From Octopus vulgaris (taxonomy: Eukaryota): a DNA stretch of 64,000 nucleotides. Under the pieces are notes generated by a model. It was given only the letters and a program-made list of their open reading frames with translations. It was not told the origin of the DNA and made no database searches. How positions within the stretch are numbered: position 1 is the stretch's first letter; each line of letters begins with the position of its first letter. This document shows, in pieces, positions 53,277-64,000 of the stretch. The translations under genes were made by a program, and so were the position numbers. Location: contig OX597814.1 in the NCBI GenBank assembly GCA_951406725.2, positions 218,178,001-218,242,000 of the forward strand, written 5' to 3'.

Positions 53277-53785
53277 CCGTAAATCCTCGAGTATAGCCCG
53301 CCCTTGAGGGGATTTTTAGGGGGCTGTACCTCTGAAAAACCTAAACCTTGTGTATAATATGCACCCCTTCTCTAACTTGATTTGTGTGTAATTAAGCCAG
53401 CAGCACCTAGTTGAACAAACACTTCCGTGCATGCGTAATACAATAATGTTGATGTTCTTAACTGTTATATGGGAATGTAAATATGTTTGCAAATTGTTTT
53501 GTTACATGTTATTCTGTGTTCCGAATACTTTTATTTTAATAAATGTTGCTTACTGCAAGTTATGGATGATTCTTTTATGACTTCATTGCTTTCAGGCTTA
53601 GCTTAAGGTATTTTCGCGCCCGACATCACAAAATGCGTCTGAATAAACATTTCCAGACAGCAAATAGAGACTTGGACATTGCTTAGGATATATTTTTCAT
53701 TTTTAACCTCATATATAGTACGCACTAGGGATTATGACCTTTAATTTTGGGGAAAAAATTGTGGATTATACTCGAGGATTTATGG
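53277..53785. mobile_element. Tc1/mariner-pogo-type MITE
   Basis: TA|ccgtaaatcctcgagtata ... tatactcgaggatttatgg|TA. Confidence 0.82.
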
Positions 53786-54370
53786 TATGTATACATGTAA
53801 ATGTATGTGCATGTTAGTGTCTCCTTGTCATGACATCTTGTGATAGTTGTAACCAAGTGTTATTCATTCCCAGTTTTCTGCAAGAGCATGTCCAGCTATT
53901 GGGGAAATATTACTTTGCTTGGGAACAGATAAGGGCTGGTGACAGGAAGGGCATCTGGCTGTAGAAAATCTAGCTCAGTATATGCTGTCCTACCCATGCA
54001 AGCATGGAAAAGTAGATGTTAAATGATGATGAGGATTCTGCTGGTTTATGATATTCACTTCACTAAATATAGCTCTTTGGCAAGATAGAAGATTCACTGA
54101 TTGCAGTATCACTTACTTAAGCATAATAGTTTTGTGTTTAGTTAAAAACAAAAATAACTATAAATACTCAAGCAGAATATATTTTTAATATATTGAATCA
54201 TTAGCTAAGTTGAACATTTTTGAACATACAGTACAGTTACAGATGAGAATGGACAAGAGTTCTTCTCTGGGTAGTTGTAAACAGAATTTGCTCCTTAGTT
54301 TTCTATGAAAATAGACTTTATTTTGGGCATCCTCACACCTGACATGTACTCTTTGTAAACCATTTCTATA

Positions 54371-55672
54371 TAAAAGGTTTGTCTGAAAAGTAACAGGATT
54401 AGGTGTGCTGTGTGAGCTATGGGTGAAAGAAGTGGAGGCGCAATGGCCCAGTGGTTAGGGCAGCGGACTCGCGGTCATAGGATCTCGGTTTCGATTCCCA
54501 GACCGGGCGTTGTGAGTGTTTATTGAGCGAAAACACCTAAAGCTCCACGAGGCTCCAGCAGGGGATGGTGGTGATCCCTGCTGTACTCTTTCACCACAAC
54601 TTTCTCTCACTCTTTCTTCCTGTTTCTGTTGTACCTGTATTTCAAAGGGCCGGCCTTGTCACTCTCTGTGTCACGCTGAATATCCCCGAGAACTACGTTA
54701 AGGGTACACGTGTCTGTGGAGTGCTCAGCCACTTACATGTTAATTTCACGAGCAGGCTGTTCCGTTGATTCGGATCAACCGGAACCCTCGTCGTCGGAAC
54801 CGACGGAGTGCTTCCATCCATGGGTGAAAGAAGGGTAAGAGGATTGTGTTATCATTTAATATATCTTGGGATTATATTACTGTAATCATAGCTTTCTGCA
54901 ACCATTGCATATTTTCACATACTTTTGTTTACACCTCATTTTTAGGTCATTCAGCTATGAGTATTGAGTAATGAATGATGAACACCGAGCAATGAATAAA
55001 CCTGAAATTTTTTATCTGGTTGGAGAAAAACTCCATCACAAGCACTTGAAATGCTTCAGCAAGTGTATGGAGATAACACCATGTCATGCACATGTGTTTT
55101 TGAGTGGCACAAGAGGCTCAAAGAGGGGAACAAGGAAGTGGAAGATGGCTCCATGAATAGGAGGCCTTCAACAAGCAGGACTAAGGTCAATGTTAAGCAG
55201 TCAATAAGCAATTCTACAAAGAGATCCTGTGACATTTACTTTGCTCAGTGTGCTAGAAGAGATGAGAGTTGTGGCAGGGCAAATTGTGGCTGCTTCACCA
55301 TGGCAGAGTACTTGCTCACAACGCCCTCAGCATCCAGCAGTTCTTGGCCAAAAAGAACATCGCCATACTGGAACAACCTCCCTACTCACCTGATCTTACT
55401 CTGTATGACTTTTTTCTTTTCCTCAAGCTCAAGAGGATCATCAAAGGGACCTATTTTGAAGGCATGTAGGCCATCAAGAGGGCTGTAGTAATGGATTGGC
55501 CTATCCCAAATGGATCCTTCCAGCAGTGCATAGAAGTGTGGTAGAGAAGGATGGAAAAGTGCATTAGACCCGAGAGGAATTACTTTGAAGGGAAAACCAT
55601 GAAGATTGTTGTTTGAAATTGAAATAAATTGTTTGTGACACCAGCCCTCTTACTTTTCAGACAGACTTTGTA
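54371..55672 (+). mobile_element. Mariner transposon relic with both TIRs, interrupted by a SINE
   Basis: TIRs taaaaggtttgtctgaaaagta / tacttttcagacagactttgta; MLQQVYGDNTMS..VFEWHKR; WLLHH..AH..QPPYSPDL..DFFLF. Confidence 0.9.
54432..54817 (+). mobile_element. SINE family B nested in the mariner relic
   Basis: TSD atgggtgaaagaa. Confidence 0.92.
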
Positions 55673-55959
55673 TTTAGCATTTTTTTTTATCACTCATCTT
55701 ATTATAGATTATAGAACTGTTACAACTTTTCTGTTAGTTTTCAAAAGAAAGAATTGGACTTTTGTAGCCAGACTCTTGTCTTGCAATTTGACTCAGCAGA
55801 ATTATACTATTTGTGGTACTTCACCATAACTTGTGCAATAATTATTTTGATTAGAGACAAGTTGAAAATATTAGGAGATGGTTATCAGCATTAAAATATT
55901 GAATGAAAATAAAAAAACAAGAATTCCAGTTATGAAATAACAAAAATATTTATTCCAGA

Positions 55960-56327
55960 CTAGCAGTATCGCCCGGCGTTGCTCGGGTTTGTAAAGGAAA
56001 TAACTATATAAGCATTTTTAGAGAGTTATAGCCAAAAAATAGCAAAAAAATGCATTAAAAATGGAAAAAAAATGATGGTAAATTTTTTTAAAAATCGTTG
56101 ACTCATTGTAGACATTTTTAGAGAGTTACTTCCCTTATATAATAGCGAAAAAAATGATGGTAAATTTTTTTTTAAATCGTAGACTCATGCTAATACCCAG
56201 AAGGGCTCGATATGAATCACGACTATAAGATACCCGGTTTTGGTTAAACTGCACCACAAAATGTGGGAGTAGTTAGGAATCTAAATCGTAGGAGACAGAC
56301 ACACAACTTGACTTTTATATATAAAGA
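55960..56327 (-). mobile_element. Non-autonomous Helitron (same family as 32982-33767)
   Basis: A|TC...hairpin...CTAG|T. Confidence 0.88.
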
Positions 56328-56554
56328 TTACATTTATTTTTTTCCTTCTGTAAATATACATGCTATATACAATTAATGTGTGTGAATACTAAAATCCAGT
56401 TGTGTAGACATTGTTTTTATAAGCCTCACCTGGAATAAAGTAGAATGGGGGGGAGGCTTGAATATCTATGAGTAACAGACCTAGTGGAATTTAGACACAA
56501 AACTATAAAGTAACAAAACATTTGTCAATTATCATGATTCTATTGCTTCGAAAG

Positions 56555-56886
56555 GGTAAAGGCCCCACTTCAGTCATGAATGACCTTGGAATTACCCCTA
56601 GAAAGTTCCCTTCTGACGTACATATCCAGGCAAGGTTGTTTATGGAAGACCAGTAGTCACTCATGGATACCAGCCTCCCCTCTCCATGCCACTGATGTTA
56701 TCCAAAGGAAAAGCAAAGGGGCTGATACAGCTTGGCACCAGTGATGTCACAACTCATTTCTACAGCTGAGTAAACTGGAGCAACATGAAATAAACCATCT
56801 TGCTCAGGAGCACAACACACAGCCTGGTTCAGGGATTGAACTCACTACCTTATGATTGTGAGCCCAATGCTCTAACCATTAAGCCA
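56555..56886 (-). mobile_element. SINE family C (diverged)
   Basis: Matches 22668-22986. Confidence 0.8.
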
Positions 56887-57465
56887 TAGCAATGAATTAT
56901 CTCATAACATCAACTGGATTGGCTTATTTGAGAGCAAAGCATCTAGTCTAAGCCAATGATTCTCAACATTTTTAACTTGGTGGTAACACTGGGGGTGAAA
57001 TAAAAATTATGGGTGCATGAAAAGTTAAAAAAACAAACAAACTATATTTTAAAGTTAAATATTTTGAAAAAAATGTACCTTGTTTTGCCCGGGGCTATAG
57101 CGGAGGACACTTGCCCGAGGTGCCGCGCAGTGGGACTGAACCCAGAACCATGTGGGTGGTTAGCAAGCTACTTACCACACAGCCACACTTTATAACTAGG
57201 GTTCAGCAGAGATTTGCTTCACCACATACTGAAGTTTAGAAATAGCAGTCAAAAAATCTTAGCTATTCCTTCTACTTTAAAAGGGGCTCCCAGAAAAACC
57301 AAAGTCAATCCACGTAGGTATGTGGTGAAGCAAATCTCTGTTGAGCCCTAATTATAAAGTATTACTTAAGCTTACCATGAAATGGTCTTTTTCATGCCAA
57401 ATTCTACTTGGTGAAATTACTGATTACTTCTTAATTAATTTTACCCTTTGTTATTATATATATAT

Positions 57466-57655
57466 GTGCAGGTGGCACGTAAAAAGCACCCACTACACTC
57501 ACAGAGTGGTTGGCGTTAGGAAGGGCATCCAGCTGTAGAAACACTGCCAGATCAGACTGGAGCCTGGTGCAGCCCCTGGCTTCCCAGACCCCGGTCGAAC
57601 CGTCCAACCCGTGCTAGCGCGGAAAACGGACGTTAAACGATGATGATGATGATGA
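57466..57655 (+). mobile_element. RTE 3'-end fragment
   Basis: Near identical to 13233-13417; (gat)n tail. Confidence 0.9.
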
Positions 57656-57922
57656 CTTGTGTATAACAAAATTATGATTACTCCTTTAGCATTTAAACCA
57701 GTTATCCTGCCTGATGATGTGGAGGAAAGAATTATGATGGTGAAAATGATTATGAATCTGGCTTTTTCATCATACTGGTGTTTAGTTAAATATGTTGCCT
57801 ATATTAACTCTCATTACTTTAGTACAATCTAAAGCAAAATTGACCTTGGGGGAATTTGAATTCACCATATACAAATATGTATTTCCCCTTTGATGCTTTA
57901 ACAATTCTGATATCAAATACCT

Positions 57923-58152
57923 ATTTCTTTATTACCCACAAGGGGCTAAACAGAGAGGGGACAAACAAGGGCAGACAAACGGATGAAGTCGATTATATCA
58001 ACCCCAGTGCATAACTGATACTTATTTAATCGATCCCGAAAGGATGAAAGGCAAAGTCGACCTTGGCAGAATTTGAACTCAGAACGTAACAGCAGATGAA
58101 ATATCGCTAAGCATTTCGCCCGGTGTGCTAACGTTTCTGCCAGCTCGCCACC
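57923..58152 (-). mobile_element. SINE family D
   Basis: TSD caattctgatatcaaata. Confidence 0.88.
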
Positions 58153-59076
58153 AATTCTGATATCAAATATTATCCTCACCATCATCATTTCAATGTCCAT
58201 TTTTCTATGCTTTTATGAGCCACATTTGTTGAGGCAGAATTTCTACTGCTGTATGCTCTTCTTGTTGCTAACCCTCACCTGTTTTCGACCAAGGTAATAT
58301 TTTGTCGTGGCCAGATGTATTTTTACAAAAAATTGGAAATCGAGTTCTATCATTTGTATGATAGTGAAGCTCCTTTACAAGTAATGCAAAATATCAAGGT
58401 AAGGAGACACCAACAGCCATACCTCCATGCACACACACACACACGAATGGCTTCTTTCAGTTTCTGTGTACCAAATACATTCTCAAGGCTTTGGTATGTC
58501 TGGGACTATAGCAAAGGACACTTGCCCAAGGAGCCAAGTAGTTCACACAGAAGCACTTACACTGGATTGCATATTTAGTGTATGTTTGTGTGTGTGCAAA
58601 AATACATTATGCATATACATCACTCATCAAGCAGATTTATGGTGAGTGATGTTCCAGCTGTTCCCATGCTATCTTTTAGTCAGTCTATACAACTGGGACT
58701 ACATTATTTAATGTAATCTTAGATGGTAAATTATGAGAAAGATTTGGCTGCTATTTCCAACAGCTTGAGTCACCATGTAGAGGCACCTTCATTAGCTCCT
58801 GGTCAGCAAATGAGTAATAACTCAATACTCAAAGATATCTTTATCACATGACACAAGTTTTCTTTATATATGTTGCATTGATTCCTGTAAACAATTTGTT
58901 GTATGAGCAAAATGGTGGAACTGGTAGAGGAGCAGATTTAACCCCAGCCTCTTTCCAATGCATTTCTTTTTGCTTCCAAATGAATAGAAGACAAATTTGA
59001 ATTGGTTGGTATTTGAAGTCAGTCCAACCTAAAGCCACAAGCTTTGTACTTTGTTTCTTCTCTTCCTCCTCCACTC

Positions 59077-59082
59077 TTTATT
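59077..59082 (-). terminator. Candidate polyadenylation signal of the TLR gene
   Basis: AATAAA on the minus strand ~225 nt after the stop; common in AT-rich DNA. Confidence 0.3.
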
Positions 59083-59305
59083 GAGTTGAATAAGTTAAAC
59101 AATAGACTTTTGCCATTGTGGTGTTTTAGTCTTTTTCTCCTCTTTTTAATCATACTTGTTTTGATGTTCTTTTGAATACTATTTTCTAGTATTGACACAC
59201 AGGTTATGAATTTCTTGATAAAAATATTTGTAATATTGATATTATTTTTGTTTTCTCCTTTTGAGATAGTTTTGTGTTAGTTTGGTTATCATTTGCAACA
59301 AATTA

Positions 59306-62300
59306 CTAGCATTTGGTTTCTTGTTTAAAATCTTTCTTTGCTGGGAGAGCAAAACGAAGTTTATTCCAAAACGAAGGATCATCATATTTTAAATAAGTTT
59401 TAGTCTTCAGGTAAAGCTTGAGATCAGGATCTAGTAATTCTTCGTTGATATTTTCAAAAAGAACAACTATCAGAGTATTCATTTTTTGGGAAAGACCATC
59501 ATAATGAGCTGTTTGGAATTCATACTTGCACCATTCACTTTTTAGAAAGTTGTCTGTTATTAACAGGATAGTTCTTTTGCTATTTTCAATGCTATTGATA
59601 ATATTCTCTGTTATTTGTAGACCAACTTCAAAATCCCGAAAGTGCACACAAAGCTTATATGGTGGATCATTCTGTTCAAGTTGTGGAAGTAATTCATTTA
59701 AGACAAACAAATCCAGAGAATTATCAAAAGATACAAATGCATCATAAAGTTTATTTTCTTCGTCAATAATTAGTTTCTTTGACATGAAACGGTATCCAAA
59801 ATGAATAAATATTAATAACTGAATTTCTTGTCGATAAACATATAATACAATAGTGATGATCAAAATCAGAACTACTACAGAAGATACTGCAGACATAGTT
59901 GATATTAGAACCTTATCTTGACGGAAGGCAAATCTTGTAATATTATGTGTGACATTATTTTGACAGAATTCTTGTACATGTTTAAAGATATTGACCAATG
60001 TATCATCATATTTTTTACAAAGAATCTGCTCACCATTAGCAAGTAATTCAGTATCGTTTGCATATATCTTTTCAAATTCACTCGCATCATTACATTCACA
60101 AGACCATGGATTACCAATGAGATACATCTTCTGTAAGGCTTTAGAAGAAAACATTTCACTAGTAATAGTTTGCAATTTGTTGTTCCGTAAATCCAGATAT
60201 TTAAGTTTGGGAGTTTCAGAAAAAGTGTTCTCTGGGATATATTGAATTTTGTTATTATATAGTATAAGTTCCAGTAGATTTTTTAAGCCTTCAAAACTCT
60301 TTTGTTGCAAAGCCTCAATGAAATTATTTTGTAAATATAATTTTTTTAAACTTGTAAAAGTAATGAATGTTTTATTGGCAACTATTAATATTTGGGAATT
60401 ATTCATATATAAAACTTCAGCTGCACTGTGGTCAGTGAAGTTAGTATTGTACAAATAGTTTAGTTTATTTCCACTAAGATCAATATGGGTACCTGCAGAT
60501 GGTATTCTTGTCAACTGAGTCAAATTGGACTTTCTGCAATCAACTTTATGGAGGTTTCTGTCTAGTGAAAATAAACATAGGCAACTTAATGGACAAATAT
60601 TTTCACATGAGCAGCTTTCAAGTTTAAAACAACATTCACAACCAAAAGTACAATAATATTTTTGAGGGCTGTTTAGACTTTTATAGTAGTCACATAAAAG
60701 GTCATTTATATTTACAGTATCCAATGATCCAATTGGTAACCATGGTTCATAATCATCACAAAATACCATGTCAAAAAGTTTAGTTGCATAAGTATACTTT
60801 TGTTGCCACATGATAGCCTCCTTCAACCATGTCAAATGACAGTCACATTTGAATGAATTACCTAGTAATAAAATTCGAATTGGTTTTGCATTAGCAGAAC
60901 GTAAAAAATTCCAGCCTTTTACAGTACTTAAATGATTCGATCTGAGATTCAATTCAGTCAAGTGGTTCATGTCATGAACTATATCATCAGTCAGAAATTT
61001 TATGTAGTTATGTGATAAATCTATGAGTCTTAAACTTTTAGGAAACATTGCTTTTGATAATGTCGTTAATTGATTGTTACGACAATAAAATTCTCTAAGT
61101 TGTAAATGACTAATTGTGCCATGTCTTAACTCCTTGATATTATTGAAAGCAATGTTTAGTCCCCATAGTTTATGTAAGTTTTTAAAAGGGTTGTTATTTA
61201 TATTTGTTATATTATTATTTTTCAAATTAAGTATTTGAAGAGACTGTAACTGGGAAAATGCATCATTTTCAATTATTTCTATTGCATTATCTTTAAGGAC
61301 CAAATATTCAAGGTTTTTAGCAGTATTCAGCTCTGAAGAAATTTTTTTGATATTGTTCTGTCTTAAGTCTAGGACCTGCATTGATAATGGTAACTTTGGT
61401 ATATGACTCAATGAGTTTGTTGATAAATCCAAAATAGTAAGTTTTGAAAGAGACAAAAAAACATTTTCATCAAATATCGATATTTGGTTATCATTTAAAT
61501 AGAGGGTTTCTAGACTATCGAGGCCTTTGAATGCAAATTTTGGCAATGATGTAATTTTGTTTCCAGAAAGCCTCAAAAGAATTAAAGATTTACTTGCTGC
61601 AAGTACATTTGGGCGGATAGTTGTGATATTATTTTTATCCAGTAAAAAATATTTAAGAGTTTGAAGTTTTGCTACAAATTCAGGGATAAATGTTAAACCA
61701 CAGTTTTCAAAGTTGACCAAGACCAGTGATTTTCTATTCAGAAAATTCCATATTCTGTCACCCAAAAGGGTATTTTTAGCTGTAAATACTTGAATGTTTG
61801 ATAAATTCTGTAGCGTAATAGGCATCTCCTTTATTGGATTATTTGATATATCAAAATAATACAATTTGTAAGAAAAGTTAAAAGATGTCTGAGGCAACTT
61901 ACTCAAGGAGTTATTTGAAAGATTGATATATTCTAAATTATGAAGATTAGAAAACGCATCCTGCTGAACACTTTCAATTTTATTGTTTTGTAACAAAATA
62001 TACTGTACTGATTTAAAAATATCACTGAAGCTATCAGGTATAACAGACAATTTGTTATGATTCAATACAAGTACAGTTATATTATTCAATAATGTAGAAT
62101 TTTTTAAACAAAGATTAAAAACTTCAGATATATTTTTAATATTATTTTCTGCTAAATTTAAAGTTGTCAGTTTATTCTGATGACAAAGGGAATTAACTGG
62201 AAAATTAACTGAGTCACAGTTGTTGATTCTTAAAGTTTCCAAATTGGGAAGATTGACAAAAGCATTTGAATTTACATTTAAATATTTACTTTTATAAATG

Positions 62301-62677
62301 GTGAGATTTCTAAGATTATCCAAGCCAGCAAAAATATTTTCTGGTAGATTATTAATATAACAAGTTTCAAAGATGAGTTTTCTCAAATTAGTTAAGTGCT
62401 TGAATGGGCTGCTATTAGCCAAAGATGTGGTGTAATCTGGTAAATTACATTTTATATATAGGTATGTTGTATTTTCTGCAGCCAACTTAGAGAAGATAGG
62501 ATAATCATCTGATTTTAACTTAGTAAAATAGCAAATAACACTCACTGTGCCAGGCACCGCTTGCTCATTAGTGCATCGACATGAAAGAGGACAGTGGTAT
62601 GATTTTCCAGAATGCACGAAACATATGCCAGTGAAAAACAATAGAGAAAATACAAAGGGATTGTGTAAATATATCAT
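59306..62677 (-). CDS. Toll-like receptor, multiple-cysteine-cluster (protostome Toll) type, intronless CDS
   Basis: 1123-aa ORF: signal peptide, LRRNT (CPLSCRC), roughly 20 LRRs, internal LRRCT (NSFKCDC) + LRRNT (CPLSCLC), more LRRs, LRRCT (NPWSCEC), TM, TIR (YDAFVSF, LCVHFRDFEVG, FLKSEWCKYEF, FWNKLRFALP); acceptor ctttttcag| at 62690 implies a 5'UTR intron. Confidence 0.97.
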   Translation of the reverse strand: MIYLHNPFVFSLLFFTGICFVHSGKSYHCPLSCRCTNEQAVPGTVSVICYFTKLKSDDYPIFSKLAAENTTYLYIKCNLPDYTTSLANSSPFKHLTNLRKLIFETCYINNLPENIFAGLDNLRNLTIYKSKYLNVNSNAFVNLPNLETLRINNCDSVNFPVNSLCHQNKLTTLNLAENNIKNISEVFNLCLKNSTLLNNITVLVLNHNKLSVIPDSFSDIFKSVQYILLQNNKIESVQQDAFSNLHNLEYINLSNNSLSKLPQTSFNFSYKLYYFDISNNPIKEMPITLQNLSNIQVFTAKNTLLGDRIWNFLNRKSLVLVNFENCGLTFIPEFVAKLQTLKYFLLDKNNITTIRPNVLAASKSLILLRLSGNKITSLPKFAFKGLDSLETLYLNDNQISIFDENVFLSLSKLTILDLSTNSLSHIPKLPLSMQVLDLRQNNIKKISSELNTAKNLEYLVLKDNAIEIIENDAFSQLQSLQILNLKNNNITNINNNPFKNLHKLWGLNIAFNNIKELRHGTISHLQLREFYCRNNQLTTLSKAMFPKSLRLIDLSHNYIKFLTDDIVHDMNHLTELNLRSNHLSTVKGWNFLRSANAKPIRILLLGNSFKCDCHLTWLKEAIMWQQKYTYATKLFDMVFCDDYEPWLPIGSLDTVNINDLLCDYYKSLNSPQKYYCTFGCECCFKLESCSCENICPLSCLCLFSLDRNLHKVDCRKSNLTQLTRIPSAGTHIDLSGNKLNYLYNTNFTDHSAAEVLYMNNSQILIVANKTFITFTSLKKLYLQNNFIEALQQKSFEGLKNLLELILYNNKIQYIPENTFSETPKLKYLDLRNNKLQTITSEMFSSKALQKMYLIGNPWSCECNDASEFEKIYANDTELLANGEQILCKKYDDTLVNIFKHVQEFCQNNVTHNITRFAFRQDKVLISTMSAVSSVVVLILIITIVLYVYRQEIQLLIFIHFGYRFMSKKLIIDEENKLYDAFVSFDNSLDLFVLNELLPQLEQNDPPYKLCVHFRDFEVGLQITENIINSIENSKRTILLITDNFLKSEWCKYEFQTAHYDGLSQKMNTLIVVLFENINEELLDPDLKLYLKTKTYLKYDDPSFWNKLRFALPAKKDFKQETKC

Positions 62678-63905
62678 ATTTAGTTAATATCTGAAAAAGA
62701 AAGAAAGAATGGGACATTAGATAAATGTAAGTAAACAATCATCAAAGAAAAATGAAGTTGCATAAGTATAAAGAGATAAAAAACACATTCAGTTTTTTAG
62801 AAGCACTTACTTCTTAAATACAAAAAGGCATTTAGACACATGATGCAAAAAGCCAGAGAAATTGATATTGTAAACTGCAGGTTGAGGCAATCAGGACTGG
62901 CTACTGACACTTTAAAACATTAGAAAGTAAGTTTGTAGATACATCTGGTTATATATTTGGCAAAAAAACCCTGCTATCTCCCAGAATACAACAATATATA
63001 ATTTTCCCTTTTCTAAATTTAAACAAAAATAGATCTCTCCTGATCTTGTTTGTAAAATAATGTGATTACAATTATATGACCTATGGTTTGAGAATACAGG
63101 TTAACATAGGAGAATTGAGATGGAAAATTTCATATCTTAATTTACCAGATCATTTGAGATAAATTCTAAATATATTTATGGCTTCTTTATACATAATTAT
63201 GTGTTTTACAAGCCAATGGGATAATCTGTGTGGGTAGATAAATACCTATCAGTAAGAAGGAAAATTAGCTAAATCACCACCACCATGACAGCATGCTGTA
63301 TTAAAATCAAATGAAACAGGGCTTAATTAATGAGATACTTCTTGTAAGATCACCTGATGAGATATTTCTGTACTGAAAGATGTGCAGAAACCAGTTGTAC
63401 AGTCTCCCACTCATGAGGAACCACAACAGGATGGGTCAAAACAATTGTTGTGAGCAATAAAGTTTCATGTATATTTAATTTTCTGTCTCTGTCATTTGTT
63501 ATAGACTCAACGAACACTGAAGAATTCCTGAGGTAGATCCAGCAACAATTGTGAAACTATTGTAGACGATGTCAAGTAGCTATAGGCAGTGAACATGCTT
63601 CCCTGGCTAACTACTAGGTACATGTCCAATACTTAAATAATTACTTACCACAACCATTATCCACACACATGCACACGGTCAAATTGATGCAGACACCTCT
63701 GATAAGAATCTTATAAGATTCGAAAATCAATTAAGGTTGTTAATTTTTAAAAATTTCCAGGGATGTGGCTAAATTAGCCCTATTTATGTATGTACTATAT
63801 AAGTTACATATATCCATTATCATTATCCTACATATATTGTATATTACACCTAAATACTGTCTAGGCTGATATCCTTGTTGATAAGCTTCTAATATTTAAA
63901 AAATA

Positions 63906-64000
63906 GTGGAGGCGCAATGGCCCAGTGGCTAGGGCAGCGGACTCGCGGTCGTAGGATCGCGGTTTCGATTCCCAGATCGGGCGTTGTGAGTGTTTATTGA
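63906..64000 (+). mobile_element. SINE family B head (cut by the window end)
   Basis: gtggaggcgcaatggcccagtgg...gtttcgattccc. Confidence 0.9.

Noticed and set aside
58844-59074. 76-aa ORF downstream of the TLR
   Set aside because: Non-ATG start, no recognisable motif and no convincing splice sites.

Overview
AT-rich, repeat-dense animal genomic DNA, most likely a cephalopod (Octopus-like). This is inferred from the tRNA-derived SINE families, abundant RTE LINEs with (GAT)n tails and very long microsatellites; it was not confirmed by any search. Two host genes are supported, both on the minus strand. (1) A Toll-like receptor with an intronless CDS (59306-62677, 1123 aa, multiple-cysteine-cluster type, C-terminal TIR). 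(2) A spliced pectin-acetylesterase/Notum-family hydrolase, not visible as a single ORF. Its three coding exons (15281-15644, 9461-9542, 6738-6883) join in phase, show plant-PAE-type rather than Notum-type motifs and include a probable type II membrane anchor; the rest of the gene lies off the left edge. Most other sequence is mobile DNA: RTE and CR1-type LINEs, Penelope-like remnants (one with a degenerate hammerhead motif), four SINE families with swapped heads and tails, Helitrons including a head-to-tail tandem, mariner and hAT relics, piggyBac/hAT/pogo-type MITEs, a 1.3-kb foldback element with ~360-bp TIRs, and a 606-bp solo LTR with a 4-bp TSD. No CRISPR, rRNA or bona fide tRNA gene is supported. 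All family assignments rest on motif recognition by eye.
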